Virus record (IMG/VR): IMGVR_UViG_3300045988_050593
Coordinates: 1-42,658 of that record
Reading direction: 5' to 3' (one strand)
From: a virus
DNA length: 42,658 nucleotides
In this document: piece after piece, positions 24,373-32,182 of the stretch
Numbering within the stretch: position 1 is the stretch's first letter
Layout: each line of letters opens with the position of its first letter
Program-made: the position numbers and the translations under genes
The notes under the pieces: generated by a model
Databases searched by the model: none
Seen by the model: the letters and a program-made list of their open reading frames with translations, nothing else
What the model was told of the DNA's origin: nothing

Positions 24373-25179
24373 ATGATTCTTGTCGATAAGGAGTTGCAGA
24401 CGTTCCTCCTGAACGGAGATACCGACGCGCCCGGCAAAACTGCAATTTTTGGCGGAGATGAGTCGTGCGTAACAAATATCGGGTATGACTTGCGCGCAAA
24501 CGCATTTTATCGTGGCGGAAAGCGGGAAGATTGCTGTGATCTCGCCCCCGGCGAATCCGTCTTTGTGGAATCCCGCGAGATCGTGCAGTTTGATGCGGTA
24601 ACAGTCGGCCGCGTTTTTCTCAAGAACAGCCGAATCCGTATGGGGTTTACGCTTGACGCTCCCGTGTACCAGCCCGGCCATAAAACGCGCATCTACTTCC
24701 GTGTTACGAATGTTTCAAGCGACTCGCTCCGCGTTTCTGCCGGGGATAAGTACGCCATGCTTCTCTTTGAGCAGCTGCATGACGCCCCTGCTGCGCCATA
24801 CAGTGGGGCGTTCAAAGATGAGTTTGATTTTAAGGGCCTTGGCGACTACAAATCTATGTATCTTTCGCAGATACAGTCTTTGCAAGGGAAAGTAAAGGAC
24901 ATTCGCGACATGGAGAAGGGGATTTACGGGAACGTCGTTACGATTCTCACGATTTTTGTCACGATCTTCACGATCCTTAACGTAAATATCGAGCTTGCGC
25001 GCGCTGCCGCGACCGTCTTCGCTTTCCTGAATTTTAACCTTGCTGTTCTTGGCGGCATCAGTTTCCTTTCTCTTTTCCTCTCCGAGCTTGTCGGGCGGGA
25101 AAAAAGATGGAGCCGCGCTCTTTGGCTAATCCCAATCGTGTGCTTTGCGGCAATCCTGATCTTAAATCTACTTGCATAA
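24373..25179 (+). CDS. dCTP deaminase / dUTPase-fold domain fused to a C-terminal three-TM module (268 aa)
   Basis: SD is AAGGTGAGGTG. MILVDKELQ, IGYDLRA, LAPGESVFVES, KNSRIRMGF, YQPGHKTRIYFRVTN and APYSGAFKDE follow the Dcd motif order. C-terminal helices: VVTILTIFVTIFTIL, VFAFLNFNLAVLGGISFLSLFL, LWLIPIVCFAAILILNLL. Confidence 0.8.
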   Translation: MILVDKELQTFLLNGDTDAPGKTAIFGGDESCVTNIGYDLRANAFYRGGKREDCCDLAPGESVFVESREIVQFDAVTVGRVFLKNSRIRMGFTLDAPVYQPGHKTRIYFRVTNVSSDSLRVSAGDKYAMLLFEQLHDAPAAPYSGAFKDEFDFKGLGDYKSMYLSQIQSLQGKVKDIRDMEKGIYGNVVTILTIFVTIFTILNVNIELARAAATVFAFLNFNLAVLGGISFLSLFLSELVGREKRWSRALWLIPIVCFAAILILNLLA

Positions 25180-25185
25180 ATCTCA

Positions 25186-25215
25186 AGCGCCGGAGAAATC
25201 CGGCGCTCTTTTTTT
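25186..25215 (+). terminator. Rho-independent terminator, partly bidirectional
   Basis: agcgccgga / tccggcgct stem with a gaaa loop, followed by ttttttt. Confidence 0.85.
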
Positions 25216-25621
25216 ATCCGCAGTAATATCCCATATTGCGTGCAACCTCATACACAAACCGCGCATTTTTCCGTCTGGCCGTCGCTTGCCCGACGTGCAG
25301 TTTGTCGGCGATGTAGTCAAAATTTTTGACCCGCATCCAATGCCACAAGCTTACAATGTCCAGCACCAGATCCCCGTCCGGCCACCCCTTGGCCGTTTCG
25401 ATCGCGCGCTGGACTGCAATGTAATCATCATATTCCCGCGCGCACACCGCCCGCAGCGCAGCTCCCTCGACCGGCCTGCCCACGCCCGAGCCGTGCGGCA
25501 TCCCGCTTACCGACGCCGTGACGCTTTGCCGCCCACGGTCGTCAATCCGATCCCGCAGCGCCGGGTACTGCCCGATGGCCGCGCACACATTACGATACCA
25601 CCAGTATCTCGGTCTGCTCAT
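25214..25621 (-). CDS. Putative late-gene transcriptional activator (RinA/ArpU-like, 135 aa)
   Basis: Start MSRPRYWWYRNV. The C-terminal HTH reads IADKLHVGQATARRKNARFVYEVARNMG. It occupies the position just upstream of the packaging genes. Confidence 0.6.
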   Translation of the reverse strand: MSRPRYWWYRNVCAAIGQYPALRDRIDDRGRQSVTASVSGMPHGSGVGRPVEGAALRAVCAREYDDYIAVQRAIETAKGWPDGDLVLDIVSLWHWMRVKNFDYIADKLHVGQATARRKNARFVYEVARNMGYYCG

Positions 25622-25704
25622 ACGATCACGCCCTTTCGTCGAAATAACTAAAACCGCACCCGTTAATTTGGTGCTTTTATGTTGCCGTAAGCTCACATTT
25701 TGTA

Positions 25705-25733
25705 TTGACTTTACGTCAGGTCGATGTTACAAT
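25705..25733 (+). promoter_or_regulatory. Near-consensus sigma-70 promoter
   Basis: TTGACT, a 17-nt spacer, then TACAAT, about 45 nt upstream of the ATG at 25780. Confidence 0.75.
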
Positions 25734-25779
25734 GTAGTCACAAAGCAAAGGGCAACAAAAACAAAAAGGAGGACTAAAA

Positions 25780-26232
25780 ATGGCAATCGCGAACGCTATC
25801 TGCACCTGCAAAAAATGCGGGGCGCAGTTCGAAATCCGCCGCAAGAAGTATAATCGGAAGGCCGCCGACGATTTTGAAGCATGGGCTCCGACTTACTACG
25901 ATACGTGCCCGAAGTGCTATCAGGAAGAAAAGGAAGAGGCCATCGAAGCGGCGAGCGCTGGCCTCCCGGAGCTGATCGGCAGCGAAAAACAGGTCGCCTG
26001 GGCTAAGAAAATCCGTTCCGAGCTCCTGTTTGCGGAAGATCGGAAGCGCTTCGAGGAATCAATACAGGCGCTCGTCCTCGAAATCCCGTCCGCTAAGTGG
26101 TGGATCGAGACTTGCGGCGTGCCACAGAATACAACATGGTACGATCTGTGCACCTACATCCGCAAGTCAACCGATGACTTCAACGCCGACCTCTATCGTA
26201 AGATGTGTGAGGCGTTTAATGCTAAGCAATAA
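25780..26232 (+). CDS. Zinc-ribbon hypothetical protein (150 aa)
   Basis: SD is AAAGGAGGA. CTCKKCG...CPKC is present. It contains LIGSEKQVAWAKKIRSE. Confidence 0.8.
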   Translation: MAIANAICTCKKCGAQFEIRRKKYNRKAADDFEAWAPTYYDTCPKCYQEEKEEAIEAASAGLPELIGSEKQVAWAKKIRSELLFAEDRKRFEESIQALVLEIPSAKWWIETCGVPQNTTWYDLCTYIRKSTDDFNADLYRKMCEAFNAKQ

Positions 26233-26282
26233 TGAACGCCTGCGCGGCCTGCACCGCGCAAAATCAGGAAGGAGCAATCATC

Positions 26283-26720
26283 ATGAAAAAAGTTATCAAC
26301 GGCAAAGTCTACGACACTGACACCGCGCGCAAGGTCGGCTGCATCGACTTCGGCTTGGGAGACCGGATATCCGGCTGGTCGGAGACCCTGTACGTCAAAC
26401 GGACGGGAGAGTATTTCCTGCTCGGCGAGGGCGGCCCCGGCTCAAAGTATTCCGTCTGCACCGGCGTCAACGAGTCCTCCGGCAGCACTAAGATCTTCCC
26501 ACTGTCCTACGACGACGCCTGCAAGTGGGCGGAGGACAACCTCGACGGCGACGAGTACATCGCCGAGTTCGGCGCCATCGCCGAGGATGACACAAACGCC
26601 AAGCTGACCCTGTACCTCCCGGCGTCGACCATCGAGCGCGCCAAGCGCAAGGTCGCGCAGGACGGCACGACACTGTCCGCATACGTCGAGGCGCTTATCA
26701 ACGCCTCGCTCGCCGAGTAA
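26283..26720 (+). CDS. Hypothetical protein with a C-terminal ribbon-helix-helix-like segment (145 aa)
   Basis: Start MKKVINGKVYDTDTARKVG after the SD GGAAGGAG. The C-terminus LTLYLPASTIERAKRKVAQDGTTLSAYVEALINASL looks CopG/RHH-like. Confidence 0.75.
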   Translation: MKKVINGKVYDTDTARKVGCIDFGLGDRISGWSETLYVKRTGEYFLLGEGGPGSKYSVCTGVNESSGSTKIFPLSYDDACKWAEDNLDGDEYIAEFGAIAEDDTNAKLTLYLPASTIERAKRKVAQDGTTLSAYVEALINASLAE

Positions 26721-26738
26721 AATCAGGAGGATAAAAAC

Positions 26739-26990
26739 ATGAAGGTTTCCGCAGCCTACATCAACACCAGTCGAATCGACTATTTTTACTACGTCGTCAT
26801 CGACGGCAAGCTATACCGCTTCTCGTGCTCCCCTGCGCGCGAGATCTCCCAAGCCGATCTTCTCCCCATTGACAGCCCGCTGCCGCTTGACCTCCAGATC
26901 AAGTATTTTCACCTCGAGCCAGCGTCAGAATCGATCTGGACGGAATTTCGGCTTTGCGGCTACGGCATTGAGAAAGCGGATGATCTGTAA
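26739..26990 (+). CDS. Hypothetical protein (83 aa)
   Basis: SD is CAGGAGGAT. It is the last gene of the plus-strand cassette. Confidence 0.7.
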   Translation: MKVSAAYINTSRIDYFYYVVIDGKLYRFSCSPAREISQADLLPIDSPLPLDLQIKYFHLEPASESIWTEFRLCGYGIEKADDL

Positions 26991-26998
26991 CTTAGTCA

Positions 26999-27042
26999 CC
27001 AGCCCAGCGTCCCGCAGCTGTCGGGCGCTGGGCTGGTTTTTT
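26999..27042 (+). terminator. Strong rho-independent terminator
   Basis: ccagcccagcg(t)cccg / cgggcgctgggctgg stem of about 15 bp, followed by tttttt. Confidence 0.85.
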
Positions 27043-27334
27043 GAGGCAGGCACCGCCGCAGCTGTACGGCGTGCCTCGCCCCGATTTTAGGACGCACCTG
27101 CGGGTGTTGTTATCACCCCGACCCACGTCACCCGGCCTTGGAGACTCCTGCACGCGTAATGGATGCGCCGGTGTCTGATACGTCGGGGAAGCCAGATGCT
27201 TCTATGCAGGATTTCAGAGTCGCTTCTTGGCGCGGAGCCGCGGAGCTGTCCCCGCCCGCGCCGTCTCCGGCGCGCCCCGCATATCCTGATACAATTAAAT
27301 AACAAATTTGGCAAAAATGCAATGCTTCGAAATA

Positions 27335-27361
27335 GCGGCCAGCCCTTTTTGAGCTGGCCGC
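27335..27361 (-). terminator. Terminator-like hairpin at the end of the early leftward operon
   Basis: gcggccagc / gctggccgc 9-bp stem with a 9-nt loop. TATTT follows on the minus strand. It lies 28 nt past the stop of 27389-27727. Confidence 0.55.
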
Positions 27362-27388
27362 TGTCTTTAGTTGCCACCGAAGAGATCG

Positions 27389-27727
27389 TCATCCTCCATT
27401 CTGCATATAAGCACCACACTCAGGGCATCTTGGCGTTAAAAACTCTTCAATATCATACCTGTCGTGTTCATAAGCAACGGCTGGCATTTCGCAAGCGGAG
27501 CAATAATGCCGATTGGACTGATACGGAATGCGTGGATAACTTGGCATTTTATCACCGATGACCCACTCCGCTTCAACCACTAAATCTGCATCCACAGTCG
27601 GTGCATTGTCAACGGCTTTATGAATAAGCCGTAAAGCCGTTCCACCAGTTACGTTCCATTCCTCATCTGATGGGTCATATGTCCAAAGATGAGCGAATAT
27701 CCAATCAGCATCGATTAAGCGCGACAT
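27389..27727 (-). CDS. Hypothetical zinc-ribbon protein (112 aa)
   Basis: SD is GGGAGGAA. CSAC...CPECG is at the C-terminus. Confidence 0.7.
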   Translation of the reverse strand: MSRLIDADWIFAHLWTYDPSDEEWNVTGGTALRLIHKAVDNAPTVDADLVVEAEWVIGDKMPSYPRIPYQSNRHYCSACEMPAVAYEHDRYDIEEFLTPRCPECGAYMQNGG

Positions 27728-27728
27728 T

Positions 27729-28001
27729 TTAAGTTCCTCCCTCGTTCATCTTTGCCCCGCAGTTGGGGCAGTACCCCCACTTCCCGTCTCTCAGCCATTC
27801 CTCGTCCAGATAGACGTCTTTGCAGGCGGAGCAATAGACAAAGCCGTGTATTCTCGTGTGCTTCACCCACCGCCCATGCACCACAGGCGCAACGTCGGCG
27901 GCGGGCGCTTTCCATATTGGGCAACTTTCTTTGTCGCAATACTCATTACTGCATCGGCAGTACTTTTCGCAGTATTCTGCGCGGTCAATGTATTCAGCCA
28001 T
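27729..28001 (-). CDS. Hypothetical Cys-rich protein (90 aa)
   Basis: Start MAEYIDRAEY after the SD GGAGGGG. It carries multiple CxxC pairs and ends in CPNCGAKM. Confidence 0.7.
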   Translation of the reverse strand: MAEYIDRAEYCEKYCRCSNEYCDKESCPIWKAPAADVAPVVHGRWVKHTRIHGFVYCSACKDVYLDEEWLRDGKWGYCPNCGAKMNEGGT

Positions 28002-28218
28002 TGTCAGCCCCTCCAAATTCCGCTTCGTACTGTTCAGGAGTGATAACCTCAATGTCCTTTGCGGAGTAGCCCAAGGTGTCGAGGCACATCAACCAGACCA
28101 GTTTTTCCTTGTCAACAGACGCCGCAGCGTCCTCATAGGATACGCCGGGGTTTGCCTCAAAACTGATTTGAGCTCCGAACGCCCTAGCCACGCTAAAGCA
28201 GATTTTATATTCAGCCAT
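27994..28218 (-). CDS. Hypothetical protein (74 aa)
   Basis: SD is GGAGGCG. It overlaps the next start by 8 nt. Confidence 0.65.
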   Translation of the reverse strand: MAEYKICFSVARAFGAQISFEANPGVSYEDAAASVDKEKLVWLMCLDTLGYSAKDIEVITPEQYEAEFGGADNG

Positions 28219-28333
28219 TCTTTATCGCCTCCAATGCCTTCTCCGCCTCTTCGCGGGTAGGGTAAAAATCCGACTTCCGGCGTCCCGCGGCGCTGTTGCC
28301 GCCGATGATTCCGGGCGCAATGCGCTTATCCAT
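28211..28333 (-). CDS. Possible small ORF (40 aa)
   Basis: Own translation: MDKRIAPGIIGGNSAAGRRKSDFYPTREEAEKALEAIKNG. It fills the gap between two genes and overlaps both. Confidence 0.35.
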   Translation of the reverse strand: MDKRIAPGIIGGNSAAGRRKSDFYPTREEAEKALEAIKNG

Positions 28334-28742
28334 CGGCTTCCACTTTCCCCGCCGCGCGCTGCGCCTCCATCAGCTGTGCAAACCGCGCCGCGATTTTGTG
28401 CCCGTTGTCCGCCACCCAGTCTATCGAGCAGTACGGAACGCCTTTACAATCCTCATGATTGTCATGGCAATTCACATCGCAGTCATGGAGGTTATAGAGT
28501 GCTCGCAGGATCGTTTCATCGTCCGGCGCGTCAACATTTTGAAGCTTCTCGTCAAGCAAGGTGTTAAAGCTTCCGTTCAGTGTCGCTACATTCTCCGCTT
28601 GCATCTCGATCAGATTCGCCGCCTCGCCCGCCATCCTGCACCCGATCTTGCCGCAGCTGTTGTACTCCGGGCACGCTCTACACCCGCTCTTTCTGCTGCG
28701 GGCAAAAGCCCGCAGCGTGGTGGTGATTTCGTCAAGTGTCAT
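28326..28742 (-). CDS. Cys/His-rich hypothetical protein (138 aa)
   Basis: Start MTLDEITTTL, with an ATGA overlap with the methyltransferase stop. Cys clusters: CRACPEYNSCGKIGC and HDCDVNCHDNHEDC. Confidence 0.7.
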   Translation of the reverse strand: MTLDEITTTLRAFARSRKSGCRACPEYNSCGKIGCRMAGEAANLIEMQAENVATLNGSFNTLLDEKLQNVDAPDDETILRALYNLHDCDVNCHDNHEDCKGVPYCSIDWVADNGHKIAARFAQLMEAQRAAGKVEADG

Positions 28743-30367
28743 ATCGCAATTCTCCTTTCCAGTTCTTCCATCGTTTCGATCTTCTCGTTGCACCACTCCG
28801 GGAGATTTGCTCTTACGACCGCCTCTGCCATCGGCGGGCATACCGCATTCCCGCAGCGCGCCACCTGCTTGCTTTTTCCATACTCTTTCCCCGTGTAGTC
28901 GCGGTCGATTTTGTAATCGCTCGGAAATCCCATCGCATTGTAAAGTTCTCTCGGCGAGAGCATCCGCAGCCCAATGTCCACAATGTAGTACGGCGTTCCG
29001 CCAATCTCCAGCAGCAGCACCTCATCCTCTGCCAGCGTGTAGCCGCAGAGTTTATTCAGGAGTGCGCGTATCTCAGGCCAGCGTCCTAAATCGTCGTTGC
29101 TGCGCATCTTCGCCAAATATGCCTTACACACAGCGAACTCTCCAGCGCTTGTGGTCACGGTCTGCATCGGCTCTTTTATTCGGTGCCCCAAATTGTCGCC
29201 CTTGAATTTCACCACATGAGCGGCTACCACCGCCTCCCGGTCGTGGCTGGTAACGGTGTGCATGGGGTCTTTCACGCCCAAGGGCCTTCCGCCGGTGTAA
29301 TACTCCACCAGATTTGCGCAGGTCAAGCCGTATCTGTTGGAGGCGTCCACCGTATTGATGGGAACTCCCAACCCGGATGCCCGGACGTGCTCCGTCTGTT
29401 CCGTGTGATACTGGATCAGTGCGGGAGCCAGAATCGGTCTGCACAAATTCTCTTTTCCAGTGCTGACCACTGTAGGAACCGGCGCGTTAATGTCATGTAC
29501 GCGGGGTGCTTGCCCCTTGCGCTCCCCGTATCCCGTGGGGACAATGAACGGTTTCCCGCTCCGGATGGTAAATTTGTCCACGCCTCGGATGATGCGCCGC
29601 ATGGTGTTGTCCGCCAAAGGCCGAACCGCCTTCAATCCGTACTGCTCTTTGATTTCCTCCTTGGTGTCAAATATCGACGGGCAAGGAAGTCTCCAGTCGA
29701 TGATTTCTGCCGCGCTGCGCCACGGTTTCAACCGGCTACTCCTCACAGCTTCGCTGTCTCGCGGAGCGTGAGTCGGCGCTGGCCACACGATAGGTTTGCC
29801 ATCACAGCGGGCAATCAGAACGAACCGTTTTCGGCTGGTCGGTGCTCCATAATCCGCCGCCACCAGTTCGCGCCATTCGACCTCGTATCCGAGATCCTGA
29901 AGCTGACCGACGAACTTACGAAATGTTGTTCCAGCAAGTTTCTTCACCGGTTTGCCCTTTCTGACTGGCCCCCACGTTTGGAACTCCTCGACGTTTTCAA
30001 GGAAAATCACGCGTGGCCGCACGGTTCCGGCCCACCGAAGAACAATCCAAGCAAGCCCGCGGATGTTCCGATCTACAAGCGCTGCTCCCTTCGCTTTGGA
30101 GAAGTGCTTACAATCGGGAGAGAACCAAGCAAGCCCAACCTTTCGTCCTTTGCACACTTCTTCGGGGTTCACGTCCCAAACGGACGCCTGTAAGTGCTGG
30201 GTATACGGATGGTTTGTTTTATGCATCAGGATTGCGTCCGGGTCATGGTTGATCGCAATCTCAACGATGCGGCCTGTCGCAAGCTCAATCCCTGTTGACG
30301 CCCCTCCGCCGCCAGCAAAATTGTCGACGATGATCTCGTCGAATAAATCATATTGGCATCCGCTCAT
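28739..30367 (-). CDS. DNA (cytosine-5)-methyltransferase (542 aa)
   Basis: Motif I DNFAGGGG, motif IV SPDCKHFS, motif VI FLENV, motif VIII TSRKRF, motif X GNAVCPP. The start MSGCQYDLF has an ATGA overlap with the upstream gene. Confidence 0.9.
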   Translation of the reverse strand: MSGCQYDLFDEIIVDNFAGGGGASTGIELATGRIVEIAINHDPDAILMHKTNHPYTQHLQASVWDVNPEEVCKGRKVGLAWFSPDCKHFSKAKGAALVDRNIRGLAWIVLRWAGTVRPRVIFLENVEEFQTWGPVRKGKPVKKLAGTTFRKFVGQLQDLGYEVEWRELVAADYGAPTSRKRFVLIARCDGKPIVWPAPTHAPRDSEAVRSSRLKPWRSAAEIIDWRLPCPSIFDTKEEIKEQYGLKAVRPLADNTMRRIIRGVDKFTIRSGKPFIVPTGYGERKGQAPRVHDINAPVPTVVSTGKENLCRPILAPALIQYHTEQTEHVRASGLGVPINTVDASNRYGLTCANLVEYYTGGRPLGVKDPMHTVTSHDREAVVAAHVVKFKGDNLGHRIKEPMQTVTTSAGEFAVCKAYLAKMRSNDDLGRWPEIRALLNKLCGYTLAEDEVLLLEIGGTPYYIVDIGLRMLSPRELYNAMGFPSDYKIDRDYTGKEYGKSKQVARCGNAVCPPMAEAVVRANLPEWCNEKIETMEELERRIAI

Positions 30368-31251
30368 TGCGCGCCCTCCCCCATCAGCTCGTCCATCTCC
30401 ATCTGGCCGGGGAGCACGCCGTCCTCCATCCACCAGTGATAGATGTCGCGGCCTGTCGTCCCAATCCTCCACGACCCGTCCATCCTCCCGCGCCGCTCTC
30501 GTTCGGCGAGCATGCGGTCAAAAGCGTCTATGTAGAGTTTTTGGTATTTTGGGTACCTCGCAAATTCAGCATATCTTGTTGGCTTCCCAGCCAACGGGCA
30601 GCCGATGCACCCGACACGCTTGAATCCGCACCCGTATAGGGGATTGATCGGGATTTTCTCAGCTTCGATGTAGTCCCACACGTCCGTGTCTGTCCAGTCG
30701 ATGATCGGATTGCACACGCTCCTTCTTTTTTGCATGCAGCGTTCAAAAAGCTGTCTCCGGTCGTCGTTGTCGTTGGCAAGGATGACCTTGCTGCTCCTTG
30801 TTTTTGACTCATAAATTCCTCGGTTGTTTTTCCGTTTTGCGCTCTCCGCCCATCTGACGCCTGTCGTAATCATGCGGTTCGCCCCGCCCCGCTCCTTGAG
30901 CACATCGCAGCAATACCGGACGAGCCGCGTCGGCGGCATGAGCTTTTGAGGGATCAGCGCCCACATGGACGTCGGCTTGCCTTTGTACGCAGGGTAGTTG
31001 ATCGTGCATTTGATCCCGAGCGCCTCAAGTCGCTTGAACTCTTCCCGCACGAATCGCACTGTCTCCGGCGCGTCGGCGGTCGTGTGGTTGTGCTGCACCT
31101 CAAAGTTGATTCCTGCGCGCTGCGCCAGTGCGACGCACACGGAGCTGTCCTTGCCGCCGGAGGTCGTGACGATCAGCGGGGCGTGATAAAACTGTTCGCT
31201 CATCTGCGCGGCCGCGCGAAGCCGCTCGAGCGCGGTTTGCTCTTTATCCAT
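30364..31251 (-). CDS. PAPS reductase-family (PP-loop) protein (295 aa)
   Basis: PP-loop is TTSGGKDSS. The C-terminal Cys cluster reads YGCGFKRVGCIGCPL. Confidence 0.85.
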   Translation of the reverse strand: MDKEQTALERLRAAAQMSEQFYHAPLIVTTSGGKDSSVCVALAQRAGINFEVQHNHTTADAPETVRFVREEFKRLEALGIKCTINYPAYKGKPTSMWALIPQKLMPPTRLVRYCCDVLKERGGANRMITTGVRWAESAKRKNNRGIYESKTRSSKVILANDNDDRRQLFERCMQKRRSVCNPIIDWTDTDVWDYIEAEKIPINPLYGCGFKRVGCIGCPLAGKPTRYAEFARYPKYQKLYIDAFDRMLAERERRGRMDGSWRIGTTGRDIYHWWMEDGVLPGQMEMDELMGEGAQ

Positions 31252-31543
31252 CGCTGTTCCCCGTCGTCAGCTCGCACCCGCACGCCGCGTAGCCCGCGAT
31301 GTCCACGTATGTATCTGCTATTTCGGTGACTGCCGTCGCCATGCGGCCGGCCTTGAACAGCACCATCATCATCGCCACGTCGCTCGGCAGGATCTCGACC
31401 TCGTCGCTCTTTAGCATCGCCTGTAAGTACGCCTGCCATAGCTGCGCGATCACCGCAAAATTCTGCTCCGGCTCGCCGTACTGCTGATTCCGATCCGTGC
31501 AAACGCACTTTTTAGCCTCTTCAAGGCACATTTCACGATTCAC
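31244..31543 (-). CDS. DUF6378-like protein (99 aa)
   Basis: The GTG start follows the SD AAGGGAGGAA. DRNQQYGEPEQNFAVIAQLWQAYL...DVAMMMVLFKAGR...DIAGYAA matches the remembered DUF6378 pattern. Confidence 0.65.
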   Translation of the reverse strand: MNREMCLEEAKKCVCTDRNQQYGEPEQNFAVIAQLWQAYLQAMLKSDEVEILPSDVAMMMVLFKAGRMATAVTEIADTYVDIAGYAACGCELTTGNSDG

Positions 31544-32181
31544 TTTTGTTCCTCCCTTTTGTAGTTTGCCGCTATGTCGTCAAAGCACACCGGCACGGCC
31601 TCGTGCAGCTTGTCCAAAAGCATCAAGGCCACCTCCCGCATCTGCGGATGCGCCGCCTTGTCGCAGCGCAGCTTCAAAAAATGCCTCCACTCGCGGATGT
31701 TGGCCGTCATCACAAGCTCGGTCTTTAGACTGTTCGGCAGGACGGCTCGGGCTTCCTGCGGTGTGCAGCCAATGTTAAGCAGCTCAAAGTAGCGCCGCTC
31801 TGCGGTCAAGCAGGCCTCTCTCCAGTACTGCCAGCCCTCGGTGCCCTCCACCAGATAAAGGGGGCGGATGACTGTAATCTCTCCGCCAAATCCATCCTTG
31901 GAGTAGTTGCAGTAGCGGGTGCTCTCTTGGCAGTAGCTCGCCATACGATGTCGTACGATCTCGTGCGACACCCCTCGGTCGCACGTAAATTTGACCGTAA
32001 TCGACGCGTGCTCAAGCACCGCCTCGTGCCCGCGCTTGATGATCCCTGTGACAAATTTTTCAGCCGTCCCGTCCGCGATTTTGTCCTCGGACTTGTAGCA
32101 GACGCGGCCGCAGCGCTCAAGGTGCTGTAAAATCCCGTCCGTCGGCGTCATGATCTCGACGCCCGGTTTGATAATCCGCAT
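31540..32181 (-). CDS. thyX: FAD-dependent thymidylate synthase ThyX
   Basis: Exact ThyX signature RHRMASYCQESTRY (RHRxxSxxxxSxRY). 213 aa. Confidence 0.9.
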   Translation of the reverse strand: MRIIKPGVEIMTPTDGILQHLERCGRVCYKSEDKIADGTAEKFVTGIIKRGHEAVLEHASITVKFTCDRGVSHEIVRHRMASYCQESTRYCNYSKDGFGGEITVIRPLYLVEGTEGWQYWREACLTAERRYFELLNIGCTPQEARAVLPNSLKTELVMTANIREWRHFLKLRCDKAAHPQMREVALMLLDKLHEAVPVCFDDIAANYKREEQK

Positions 32182-32182
32182 T

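Noticed and set aside
27087-27561. 110-aa (minus) and 132-aa (plus) ORFs in the gap after the plus-strand cassette
   Set aside because: They overlap each other, have an Arg/Cys/Pro-rich composition and no SD, and run through terminator hairpins. The region is treated as non-coding.
29183-30193. 336-aa plus-strand ORF antisense to the C5 methyltransferase
   Set aside because: The minus-strand frame carries all canonical MTase motifs. The plus-strand frame has no SD and an implausible composition.
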